Shown here piece by piece: positions 1-27,400 of a stretch of 64,000 nt of DNA (position 1 is its first letter; each line of letters opens with the position of its first letter). A program made the position numbers and the translations under genes. The notes beneath the pieces are model-generated. The model had not been told where the DNA came from, searched no databases, and worked only from the letters and a program-made list of their open reading frames with translations. This DNA is from Podarcis gaigeae (taxonomy: Eukaryota), in the NCBI GenBank assembly GCA_964106915.2, contig OZ066920.1, one strand, 5' to 3'.

Positions 1-16
1 TGTTCTACTTGGATAA

Positions 17-14336
<14,320 letters not shown>

Positions 14337-14798
14337 CCATTTTAAACAAAGTGGTCAGTGGACTCGTTGAATTCTACCTGAAGCCCTTTTCACCATAAGT
14401 TTCAGCAAGTTTCTATGACTACTGTCGCACAACTACAAACCACTATTACTGGACAGATTAGAGATCTACCCAAGTAGATGACCAGTAGTTCTGAACAACT
14501 TGGACTCAGGAAGTACTGCATATTTCAGTTACAGTGTTACTAAAATTGGAAGGATCATAAATTATTATTATTTAATACATTCTAGTTTTTATTCTGGTGA
14601 AAGTGTTTCACACAATGAATTTGCATTCCTGATGAAATCTAAAGTGACATGTATGAGAGTAAATTGCTGACCCACTGACACTACTTTTTAAATGCAAGTC
14701 AATGCAATTTGTGGCTCTATTTTTAGGAGAGACAAATGAGCCATTAGTGGAAAAATAATATTTTAATAATTTGCCAAAGGGTCTGTGTGTATATATAC

Positions 14799-14804
14799 TT
14801 TATT
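14799..14804 (-). terminator. Likely RMC1 polyadenylation signal
   Basis: TTTATT on + (AATAAA on -), about 90 nt beyond the RMC1 stop; an alternative lies at 14588-14593. Confidence 0.55.
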
Positions 14805-14851
14805 ATAAAATAGGATTTTTTGTAGGTCAAAAGTATCAGTACATAAAATGC

Positions 14852-14857
14852 AATAAA
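14852..14857 (+). terminator. Likely NPC1 polyadenylation signal
   Basis: AATAAA about 515 nt after the NPC1 stop and just before the RMC1 stop codon. Confidence 0.65.
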
Positions 14858-14890
14858 TTAAGTTTATACATTTCGTATAGCTTTTCTACT

Positions 14891-14970
14891 TCAGAAAGCA
14901 GTAGGCTTCATTAGTGCTTGGTCTCCAAAAACCTGTTTAAAAAACACAACATGCTCTTCACAGTGCTCTC
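14891..14970 (-). CDS. RMC1: RMC1 exon 20 (last)
   Basis: GEHCEEHVVFFKQVFGDQALMKPTAF, TGA at 14893-14891. Confidence 0.93.
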
Positions 14971-17900
14971 CTGTAAAACAAACAAAAAAGACTATGTGGA
15001 ATTAAATCTGAAATACATTCCCAGTACTTTATTTAATTTGAATGCAGTTCCTGAGGATTTCTAGACTGGTCACACCAGCTGTCAGACAGGATCACTGGTC
15101 CAGCTCAATGACACATAGTACATTAAAAAAAATGCACTGAAACTGTACCAAGAGTTGATGAACTGGAAGTAGTTTAAATAATATGTACTGCTGTTGTATG
15201 CTAAGTTACTACTATGACAAAACTGGATTCTCAGCACAATCAAAATAACATGCCACTTCAGCCAGAACTAGAATAGTTTCTCTACCCTCCTCTTGTCCAA
15301 ACTTCAGCACAATTGTCCATGATACTTTCTTGGCAATATCTGTCACAATATGAAATTACATTCAGACTAGCCGATTCCCATAAGCCTTGTATTGCCGCAA
15401 ACACTGGGACATAATCAAATTGAGGGGAAGGAGGCATTTCTATGTTCTTTATCACTGTTATGCTTAAACCCTGCTACTAAGAAATCCACACCATGGTATA
15501 CATGAAAGAAGGCCTTTCATGATTTGAGTGTGGAGGACTTTCAAGGTAAAAATGGTGATATATGCATGCATCTAGGCACCTATACTCTTCCCCCGGCCAA
15601 GGGAAGTATTTAGTTAAGTCATATTCAGAGTATCTCCTTTAAAATAAAGAAACAAGTTAGCCACAATTAAATCAAATGGGGTTGATGTTGAGTATAATGT
15701 AATCAGATGCCAAACAGCTACAGCGAAATAAGTCCTCCTTCCACTTGCACTCTTATGGAGCGGTGGGTGTCACTCTGACTAAAAGTGAATTCCTAAAACC
15801 CAAAACATAGCAGCAGGCTTCCCACAACCACTACCCATCTATTAAATGGTCTTTACTACAGTTGTCATTTTCCACATTCTACGAGAATCTGTCAAATCAG
15901 TATTCAAAATGTAGACACAGTGCCTTTAATTGCAGAAATGATATTTTAAGAGCAAAACAGTACCATTTGTGGTGGGTTATCTTTATTTGAACTCTGTAAA
16001 TCAGTTCTTTAAACTTCTTAAAAAGCTAGTGTGTTCTAAAAATGTATAGACAGCTTACGGCAGGTTGTGTATATACCTCAACTGTTCAGTTATCTTAATA
16101 AATTTGTACGAATATTCACTAAAATGTGGCCAAGCTCCATTTAAATGGCTTAGCCAAGTCCCTAAATTCACTCTATAAACCACAGCGGTTTTTCCAATTT
16201 TCTCTTAAGCGGGTTCACTGAAAATATTTACCAGTAAAGCAGATTTGGAACCAACGTTGGTTGTAAGTGGCCAAAAGTACAAGAACAGATTGCTGAACCT
16301 TGAGTCTATCCCAGCTTACTAAGATTTACAAGACACAATCTTGTTTAATAAACTTTTCTATAAAAAGATAAAGGCTGGCTGGGATTATCTTGACACACTT
16401 CCCTCCCCGCTTTGCAAATGGACACTTTACCTGGAGTGAAGCTAGGGTTTCCACGCAATCGCTGATTTCTCTGCTCAAAGAACCTGAATATGGTATAGAA
16501 TAGCATCTCATCTTCCGTCTGCTTTGCTGCATCAAGAAACTTTCGAGCAGAAATACTATCATGGCCTCCAATACCTCTGATGAATCTCAAGGCAGCCAGT
16601 ACCTGATGTTTAGACAACAAAACTTCCACTATTTCATCATTTGCAGTAGAAAGTCTCTGAAAGCAAAGTGACTACAATTAGTGCCTGCTGAACTAATGAA
16701 AGCCCTAAATCCAACACACGAGGGGAATGATCTTGCCACTTATTATGGTGGACGATTAAATGTTCAGATTGGGCCGTTCCTCTTGCAAGACACTCAGGCA
16801 GAAGCAAAGAATTGTGGGAGGTAGACCCGTTTCTCCTCAGTTTTTTTCCCTCCTGCCTAGGACTGAGCAGGTTGGCTCTCCCAGCTCTCAATGTTTTGTT
16901 GACTGCTAGTCAGCTGAGCCCTCTTTAACTACTTTATTTGTTATTCTTAGTTACTTAGTAATCTTCCTCTTCCTTAGTTGTTTATTAGCAACTTTGCCTG
17001 TCTTTGTTACTGTTTGGTGTCAGTCCTTTTTATGTGTCCTCTGCTGAGGTAAAAAGAAAAAAGCACCATTGTCTCCCTGCTAAACATGTTTCCCTATTCT
17101 ATGTTCAGTGTTTTACTTCTATTTTTTCATTAATTTCTTAATTTTGATCTTTTTTCCTTGTTGCTGGCTGTTGCTAGCGGTTGAGTTGCCTTTTCCTTCA
17201 ACTTTTTTGCGTCACAGGCTGCCTCCTGCAGTGACTGTGCGCTGCTTCCCTAACAGCCGCTCTGCGCCTTACTCTCAGCGTCCTTTTGGACCCTTTATTC
17301 AGCGCATCAGCTTTTCTTCAAGAATCGCTGCTTCTGCAAAGAAAGGGACAAAGAAAATAAGCTTCCAACTCCTTTTTCTCCTGTCCGCTGCAGCGGTGCA
17401 AAGGGCTGTTGCGACATGTTTTGCCTGCAATAATAACGGAATCAGCAGTCTGCTTCAGTGGCTCAATTTCCTCCCACTAAATTTTGATGGCGTCCTTATG
17501 AATCTCTGCAAGGCTTGGGTGCCTCTCCACATAAAAAAAGTGAAATAAAAGTTGAAGCAACTAAACCTAGCAGGGTCCTCTAATACTTTTCAGTCACTCA
17601 AATCACTCTTTCCGTGTTAGGGGCCATCATTCCCCCCACAGTGGTATTGGTAAGGTCTACCCCTGTAAACAAACCTCCTTCAGAACAATCCATGACTCAT
17701 CCACCCAGCCCTGGCTCAGTTATCTAGTGAAGTTTTACTGCCACCTGCTGGCAATACTAATAATGACATAGCCAAGTCCTGTGATTCTGAGCCTGAATTT
17801 CAGGGTTTTGCTGATGCCCAATTAGGGTCTAATGAGCAAAGTTCATTGCCACCAATGGGTCAAGGTTTATCAGAAGTTTTGAATCTGAACTTGCCTGCTT

Positions 17901-20900
17901 CTTTAATTGATCAGTTGAAGGATGCCCTTCTTGCCTCCTTATCATCAGACCGTAAGCATGACTGCCTTATCGATGGCTAAACACTTCTGTATTTTCCACA
18001 AAGACGAGGTTGTGCTTCGCACTGATCCCACTTTTGTACCAAAAGTACTTTCAAGATTTCATATTCAACAGGAGTTGGTGCTTCAAATGTTTTGTCCTAA
18101 TCCGCAGTATCTATAAGAAAAGGCTTGGGCATTCTTTGGATGTGCAGTGGGCTTTGAAGATCTATATCCATCGTACAAAGAACATTAGAACTACAGGTGT
18201 CTTGTTTGTGTCTTTTCATACTTCATCTCTGGGAAAGAAAGTTTCTTCTGCCACATTATCCAGATGGCTGCGTGCTTGCATACTGTCGGCTTATGAGTCT
18301 CTTAAGTTACCTTCTTCATCACATATATTTCCACGCTCTACCAGTTCCAGTTCAGCCTCTATGTCGGCGGTCTTTGCTGCCAATGCTTCCCTACTGGATA
18401 TCTGCAAAGTAGCTACTTTGCATTGGCCAATACTTTCACGAGGCATTACAGGCTAGATCTTTTAGCCTCAAGTGATGCAGCCTTTGGCTGCACAGTTCTT
18501 CATCAGGTTCTATAGTCAGCTCAGCTGCAGTTGGGTCCTGCCCAGTTGGGAATTGATGTGGTATAACACTTCATCGTCCACCATAATAAATAGGATGATT
18601 GGTCTTACCTGAATAGCAAATTTATTAGGTGGACAATGAAGTATTCAGAACCATCCCTATGTGGGTCTGCAATTGAGTCATTTTCATGAGCAAGGTTTAT
18701 TACCGTATTCATTATATGACATAATTTATTATATGCTTGAGTTTTGTCATGGAGGGTTTGTTTTCTTGACATGCAGGTTTTTCCCCCATGCTGCTGTACA
18801 TTACTTTCTTTTCTTTACTTTACTTTCACATGTTAGGCAGGGAGAGGTAGGCCTTGTGTTTAATTTAGTTTTAGATTTTTGTCGTGATGCTCCTGCTTGG
18901 CAAGTCGGAAAAACTGAGGGGAAAATGGTCTACCTCCCACAATTCTTTTCTCCTGTCTGAGTCTCATGCAAAGGGAACAGCCCAATCTGAATACTTCATC
19001 ATCCACCTAATAAATCTACTGTTCAGGTAAGATAAATCATCCTTTCTATACTCTGGACACGAAGATTATATCTTTACCTTACTTACAACCTCTGATCATT
19101 TATACTTGTTCATGATTACTTGTTGGTATATAAGCAGACAAGGAAATCACATGTTAAAAGTTTTCTCTGTGTACTTACCTTTAACATATCCAAGGAGAGC
19201 TGATGTGCTGGAGGGTAAATGCTCTCTAACGACAGTAACAAGCAGGCCTGAAACAGGAAGTTCAACAGTGTCTTAATACTTCACAATTATATGTTAAAAC
19301 CTAAAAGTAGCATGGTTGGAAATAGTGTGAGTCAGAGTCCAGATTCCTGTTATGAAGATACACCTACAAAGTCTGGTGAAAGGGCAGCATAGAATTAAGC
19401 AAGAAGCAATGAAAGCCGTATGGTGAAGGACGAAAACAACTAACTTACCAGAGGTTTTGAATCACTGAGAACATGATATTGCAGGAACTGGTGAAGCATA
19501 TAGAATAGGTTGTGCTGAACAAGGGTTTTGATAACCAGTTCATATAGATAATGCTAAAGGAGGCAAGGAAAAAGACTGCTTGAACCAGTAGTAACTAGGC
19601 AAGTATTTAACTACTACATTATCACCTTAGTTCTAGGGGGTGAAACACAAGAAAAGTTAACTGAAAAAGGGCAAACAGTCTTATACATGCAGGGTGTTGT
19701 TGTTTTTTAAAAATACTACAATTTTCTGAATTCAATACTAGAACTTAGTAGAGCTAAAGGCTACTAGTGTGTATAGCAGAGATGGGGAATCTGTGGCCTT
19801 CCAGATGCAAACGCCCATCATCCCCGGCCATGCTGATGGGAGTCTGAGTCCAATCACATGAAGAGGGCCACAGGTTCCCCTTGCCCTGCTCTGAACTCTT
19901 CAGATAGGTTAGTAAGCTCTTTGGCTGCAGCTTGTCCTACTTCAACCTCTTGGCCAGCTGGCCAGTGAGAAGAAGGCAGCAGGAACAGATATGAAGTCTG
20001 AACAGAGCAAGGTTGATCCCTTCTCTACCTCTGGATCTTTCTTCAACTTGAGCTAAATTCTTTTCAACTCCATACTTTCTCTGCTGGGAAGGGGTTTACT
20101 GGGTTTAAGAATACTCAAACAGATTTTTCTTTTTTCTCTTCTGGAGGTTGAAAGGGAATTGAGACAATTTCTCATGAGCCTGCCCTGTTGATAGTTCCCT
20201 AGCATTTGTGGCCTTTGGAGCAGGAAGACTGGACAAGCAAACGGAGGTTCAAGTGCCTGGATGGAAGGAGCTGTAGCTGAAAGCAACTTGAAACTCAATA
20301 CTACCTTTAAGACTAAACCAGCCTACCTAACACTATTGGGTGAGCAGAGCTCTCCATTTGAAGGAGGGTAATGCAGGTGGTGGCAAACAACTGGACTTTC
20401 TCCAACTGTATGGGTGCATGTATCTTCACACGTGAACTAGAAACCTTACACTGAAAGATGCCAACACAAGGGCTCAAAATTAGCACACTTACAAAGGCTC
20501 ATTTCCAATCCTGAATATTTGACTAAGCAAACACTCCAGCGTTTCAGAAGGAAAAAATGTGTACAATTGTAGCTTTGATCCCAACACATCATTACTAGCC
20601 CAAACTCTTCATAATGCTATTTGTCATATTTATACTTAGTTGATATCTATAAGTTGCTCTGTCACCTCAAATCACCTCTAAAACTTCATATATCGTTACA
20701 TGCAAACTAATGCAATGGTTCTGTAAAAGAAGGTGGAATGTCTGTATAAGGGGAATGAGCACATTTTAATTTTACTTAATAAATAAACAGCTTTAATATT
20801 TCAAAAATTGGTAACTAGTGTGCAGTCTAAAAATTGTTAACCGGGATAGTGAATCATAATCTTATATAACAAGACATTTTAAGTTTTTACCTGAACAGCT

Positions 20901-23900
20901 ATCTGGAATTGGTTGAGTGAGCGAATATACTCCATTAGGACAGCTATAGTGAACTTGTGAGGTGCTTCCTAAACAGGAAAAGGAGAATTTACTAAAGGAG
21001 ATGCTTCAACTCCAAAAAAGAATCTGTTTAACTCATGAGTCAATTTTTTAGTTTGTGGACTCATTTCTACCTTTGAGAAAGTGTCACAAAATGTCTGCCA
21101 AGGGGGAATGTGTCCTATTCATGACCATCAGTCACAAAACACTCATTACAGAAGTCAAACTGGTGAGCCTAGAAGGTAAGTAACTTGCCCAAGAGGCAGT
21201 ACAACAAGGCATAAGTGGGGACTGAGCCCCAGAAAATAAACTCTCTCTGTCAACCAACTTCTTCTCTCTCACCCCACCTGCAGCCATAGTCCTTGCTTCC
21301 GCCTTTCTTCCCATGGCCTCCATCGCCTCAGTTTTTGTCCTTGTACCCACAGCACACAGGTACAGAAGTCCTCTGCTCTTCAGCCAGTGAAAAGGTTGGC
21401 TATCATTTTAGGAATGATGTGGGCATGGGTAGTAAAAGCTCAATGAGAAATAACAAGCAGCCAGAGGAGGAGCACTACACACTAGGGAGACCACCTATCA
21501 GATAAAAAAATGTATCTGGTGCAATGTAGAGAAGACAGCATGTGGCAGGGGGACATGGTAACGACCCCCAGGTTTAAAGTGTCTGATTGACAGCTATTCA
21601 GACTTTCTTCCTGCTTCAGAGAGACTGACAAATTACCTTCTGTTTACCACAGCAGTATTAGTTACTGTCAGCTGTGACTAATACTTCCCTCCCTTTGAAC
21701 TAACATATGAAGACCTATGAAGCTAAATCAGCATGCTGCTGTGTCTATATCAACAAACCTTTTTTTCAGTAAAGACAGACAAAACATGTGTATACATGTC
21801 TGACTGATCAATAACTGCCTGGGTACGAACTGGCCGTTTGGGAGGTGGATTGCTTCTGCTCTGCCCAGTTTCTAGTGCCTGAAAAATACCAGAAAATATT
21901 TTGAGATGTAACATATATTGAAGGACTGATAACACTTACTAATTTTATACCTTGACACCTAGATACATTGGGTTGTATTTGACAAAGCCATACTCGTGTA
22001 GACCCACTGAAGTTACTGAATTTAAGTAACGTTTATTAATCAGTCTACTCAAAAGTGACTTAGTCAGCTACCACGCCTTACTTGGCACAGTAATAGATTC
22101 CAATGACTAACCGATATCCATGTTTATGTCTCATGTGCCTCTTCCAAGAGTGGTCTGGAGGGTGGCAACATGAGAACGGGCCTTTTCTGCAGTGGCTCCT
22201 AGTCTGTGGAATGCTTTCCCCCAGGGGGGCTCACCTGGCACCTTCATCATGTATCTTTAGGCACCAAGTGAAAATGTTTCTCTATAACAGAGCTTTTGGC
22301 TGATTAAACCATCTATGGCCTTTAAATGTGTTTGTGGGAGGGGGGTTATTGGTTTTTTGTTTCAAAATGAGAACACAAAGGACATATTTTTATGTAGCAA
22401 ACTGTCCTGTGATATTCAAAGAAAGGAAGGTATACAAAATAAGTAAGATCAGGATTAAACCAGAACTATAACTTTAATCAAAATGGCAATGCCTTCAAAT
22501 ACGTAAGAATATAAGAGACTGCTGGATCAGACCGATGGCTGCCCTGCTCTCGCAGTGGCCACCAGATGCCCATGGGAAGCCCGTAAGCAGGAGCTGAGCA
22601 CAAGAGCACTTTCCCCTCCTGCAGATTCCAACAACAGGTACTCAGAAGCATACTGTCTCCAACTGTGGAGGCAGAGCATAGTCATTATGGGTAACAGCCA
22701 ATGATAGCCTTATCCTCCATGAATTTGTCTAATCTTCTTTTAAAGCCATCCAAGTTGGTGGCCATCACTGCCTCCTATGGGAGTATGTTCCAAAGCCTAA
22801 CTATGCACTGCCTGGAAAAGTACGTTGTTTTAACTGTCCTGAATCTTCCAACATTCAGCTTCACATATTTAGTGGACTTTGGTGTGGAATTATTTTCCCC
22901 CACAAATTAAAAATTAACTAGTTCCTTTTTTTAGGGGTTGCAGTGATCATATTTGAGCTTTAGTTGTGTGTGTATTAGAGAAGCTATTTTTCATTGTGCA
23001 AGGAATTACAGATTTGAACACTGTCAAATCAGTGATCAAAGATTACTGCTAATCAGAAACAGTATACACAAGGCACGTGGCAAAGAAAATGATGTTCATA
23101 ACTTGCCATATTGTAAGTCTGCTCTGCTTCCAAGTATTTCTTATATTCATGATTGAGTTTGTCAAAAACGGTAGCAACCACACTCAATGATCCTCCGTCT
23201 GGCTCACTTAACACTGCAACAAAAAATACACACAATGAAATTAGCAACAAGGAACACTGGCATATTAAATTCTGCAAATACCTCTGAAAATTAGTATCTG
23301 TATTTATGCATCGCTCCGAACCACATTTCATACTACAATAAACTAGCTAGTAGTCACCATAATATAGTTACTCTTAAATCTTCTTATGCTAACTAGAGGC
23401 CAGATAACTAATACCTTAGGTACTTAATATGGGAATGGCATAGTGTGCAAGAGAGTGCTTTTAGAATTAACTTCTTACAAAGTTTTTCAAAAGAACAGCT
23501 CCTGGAAACTGGAAGCAAAATCTTACTCTGAGAACACACAGCAAGAATAACCATCTTGCAATCTTTTCTCTGAAGAAGAAAGTCCATTAGTTTTCCTTTG
23601 TCTGGTAAGAGATTTACTATGGGCTCCAGTTTCACTTGCAGATTCCAGAGGTAACCTGGAAAAAAATGAACAACCAATAGCAAATCCTTTTTCAAAACTT
23701 ACAACGGTAATATGAACCACTTTCAAGCCAGACTTTACATATAGCATCTTTGTCCTTATATAATGCTTGTACAAACAAACTCCAACATCAGACTAAAACA
23801 TTCCCTTACAACCACATTATGATACTATACTACATTAGAAGTTACCGATTCATAACTAGTTCTTCATTGAGTCAGATATTCCACCAACCCACTTAAGTGT

Positions 23901-24443
23901 GGTTTTTTAATATCTTAAATATGAGGATAGATCATACTTGGTTGTGCGTGTTTTTTTAAAAAAGATAGCGTTGTAATTACACAAACTGATGAAAACAGAA
24001 GAGCTCTGACAGCTTCAGACATACCTTCGCTCGCACTGATGATAATATCAGGCTGAAAGACAATCCAGGATGAAGAATCTAAATGTTAAACAAAACTCCA
24101 CAGAAGTGTATTGGCCATAGAGTCTCTATAAGGTCTCAGGGGTCTACAAAGTCACTTCGTGGCACCTCTTAAATGCTGCCAAAATTACTATTACTATTAG
24201 GATTGCTATTTGTTAAAAGTGGGGGGAAATGAGAACACCATCCATGAGAGAATGACTAACAAAATCTGAAACACAGTATGTATGGTTAGGCTGACATATA
24301 TGAAGAGAGGGTAGACAACTAGATAATATCTTCATTGAGAAATGGAGTCATTTCATAATGTACTTGAATAATAAGGTACAGAAGAAAGTAAACCCATTTG
24401 TGCTACTCTGAATTTTGTGACATTAATTTGTTATGCTTGTGTA

Positions 24444-24482
<39 letters not shown>

Positions 24483-27400
24483 TTTCCTGGACGCTCAGCT
24501 CTAGATATCCCATTACTCTATTTTTATTCTATTTTCTTTGGCATATGTTATTATATTTGGTTATGTTTTATTAGAAATAAATATATGATAAAGAGGGGGG
24601 CAAAAACAAAGTCACTTTATGAGCTGGATCCAAACAGTTATGTGGCTAACTTAATATACAAAAGGGAGATGTGCAAGCTTAATCCTGGCACCCCAGCCAC
24701 CCTCCAAGCCTTATCACATGATAAAGTTCTTGCTTCATAAGGCTGGGGAAATAAGACTGAGCACACTTAACTGGGCATAAACCCAACTGAATGCCCAAGC
24801 ACAGGACTGTGCTGCATGCCAAATAGTGCTATTCTATACTCTTCAAAGATTCAATGCATATTTCTATTGCAATATTTTTTTCAATTCTGCTCCCTCCAGA
24901 TATAAAAAGCAACATGTTTATCACACAAGAGAGAGAAAAGATCTGGGGTTCAGTTTCAGAACAAAACACAAACTCTTGAAGGATACAGAGTTTACAGGGA
25001 ACTGGGAACTGACTGGTTACAGAAGCTGGACCTGCACATGGAGAAAGAGATTGTATCAATTACTCATGATCCTGAAGAGATTAATTTGTTTTGATGAAGA
25101 TTCACCGTAGAAATCTATTCCATATCAATATACCTTGAGGAGTTAAGGCTATGGTCTATGAATTTGCTTATTAGCATTTACTGATGAATCAGCTATAGTA
25201 CTAAATCCTTTATAGCCAAACCAGGGGTTGACTATTTCTTGCACAGGGTCCCCAATACCTTCCCTCAAGGGATTTTTTTTTTTAAGAACTATAGGCATAT
25301 TTAGAGTTCTGGGTGGAATCTGGAGACACTGCCCATGAATTTATGTTAAGGAGCAGCACCACTCCTCATCTCCTGTGTACCATGTTGTGACCCAAATGTC
25401 AGAACTGAGCCTGCAGAGGCAGAGCTTGCATAAGGGCAGAAACAGACACCCAGATGACACAGGATGGAGGTGGTTATTTGCCAGGTGGTTTAAAGCTCCC
25501 AAGAACTGGTCTTCACACTTCCCCTTGATATTTCGGCTACACTCACTGTGGATGGAGGGGCACATGGTGGGGGAGTGACCGACAGGGGGCTTCTCAGTAC
25601 ATTTTCATACAGCTCACTCAAATTTCCATCCATCCTTGTATAAGGATCAGGAAGCAAAAACTCTAGCCAACTTCAGAGAGCCAGTCTTCATTTTCCAAAT
25701 CCCGTTCAAATTGACAGCTGAACATGAAATTTTCACAGTGTTTCACATGGAGCTGAAGTCTACTCTGGTATAGAGACACAGGCTGCTTAAAAGCTACAAT
25801 CATGGGGGGGGGGGGCAAACACAAGAAGGGAAAGCTTCTGAGCAAGGTCAATCCTGGCCAGGGGACCTGCTAGCTCTCTCCAGGCAATGACAGCCAATGG
25901 CTGCCTAGAGATGATACTGTTTCTTCCTGTGAACAAGATATCTGAAACATTTAGCAGAAGTTAAACAGTATTATTCCTTAGTTATTAAATAAAATGGAAA
26001 CCCAAGTGATAGATGCACAGTCAAATGTTACATTTTCCAGTATCTCTTTCTTTAGATCTCTCTACCAACTAGATTTCCAAGCTAGTTAAACAGAAAACAA
26101 AAGACCCCTACCTGCCACAGGAATCTGATAGGGTTGTATAGATCGAGCTGGAAGTACAAGCTGGTGAAGGGTAACTGTGCCATCAGATTCTCCTTTGAGT
26201 CTGATATCAAATATAATAGAGGTCTAAAATTGACAAAAAGAAATAAGTTCCCTTGTGATGCACATCAAAAGTAGTTATACCTATATGGAAAAGTGCAAAA
26301 AAGGTTGAGTAGCCTTGTCAGACTTCTGATATGAGGTGTGGAGGACCTTCAAGGGCCAACTGCTAACAGACAGTGGGACCAAAGCCAAATCTCACATACA
26401 GCCCATTTACAATCAGACCACATGAACATATTTAGATGCATGCCAGAATTACAACTTGTCCATTTAACCACCCTAGCAAAATCACTCGCAGTGCTGCCAG
26501 GAACCAACTGTCTTTTGCCTAAACTCCCATGTGAAGTTATACTCGTAATAGGTCAACATGCATACAATCTCATTCACCAATTCCCCCCAAGCACTGAGCA
26601 CAGCTATTTCGCATGCAGGCTGCCTTTTGCCTCTCCTTTTCCCACTCCTCTTGTTCGCTTGGTTTTACAGGACTTCTCCCCAGTTTCATCACACCACAAT
26701 ATGGAGTTATTGAATTACTTCTCTTCCGTCCTCCTCCATCCTTCTACGGTATGATAACTAATTACACACATTGGTTTTTAAAATACTCCACTAATGACAC
26801 ATGGTAGTGGGCTTTGTTCCTAGCCTATCAACAGCCATCGAGCACTGGAGTAGCAAAGACAGGGCGGAGCCTCTGGAACAGCGGAAGTTCTGTTGTGCTA
26901 GTGGAATTCTTTTTGCACATGAAGGTATCTAGATCTCACCAAAGTGCTATTGGGGGCTATTAGCCATAATGGCTATGCTCTGCCTTCACAGTTGGAGGCA
27001 GTAATGCTTTTGAACACCAGTTCCTGGAAAGCACAGGAGGGCTGAGGGCTGGGTGCTCTTGTGCTTGAAGCCTGTTTGCTGCTTTCTCACAGGCATCTGG
27101 TTGGCCACTGTCAGAACAGGATGCTGGACTAGAAGGACCATGGCCTTGATCCAGCAGGCTCTTTCACAGTGTTCTTAAAAGATTTGTCATCCCCTACACA
27201 GCTACAACTTTCACATAACTTTAGTCTTGTATATAATGAACGATCTTAACAATCTGAAGCACAAGCAGGCAAAGGAAGAAAAAATGGAAGGTTTCAGCTG
27301 TTAATGTTTAACATCAGAAATAAAACCACAGGAAAAAGTAGTACCTCAGTATCCTGATGATGAACTACCACCAAGTTGTCCACAACATTTAGTGCAAACT

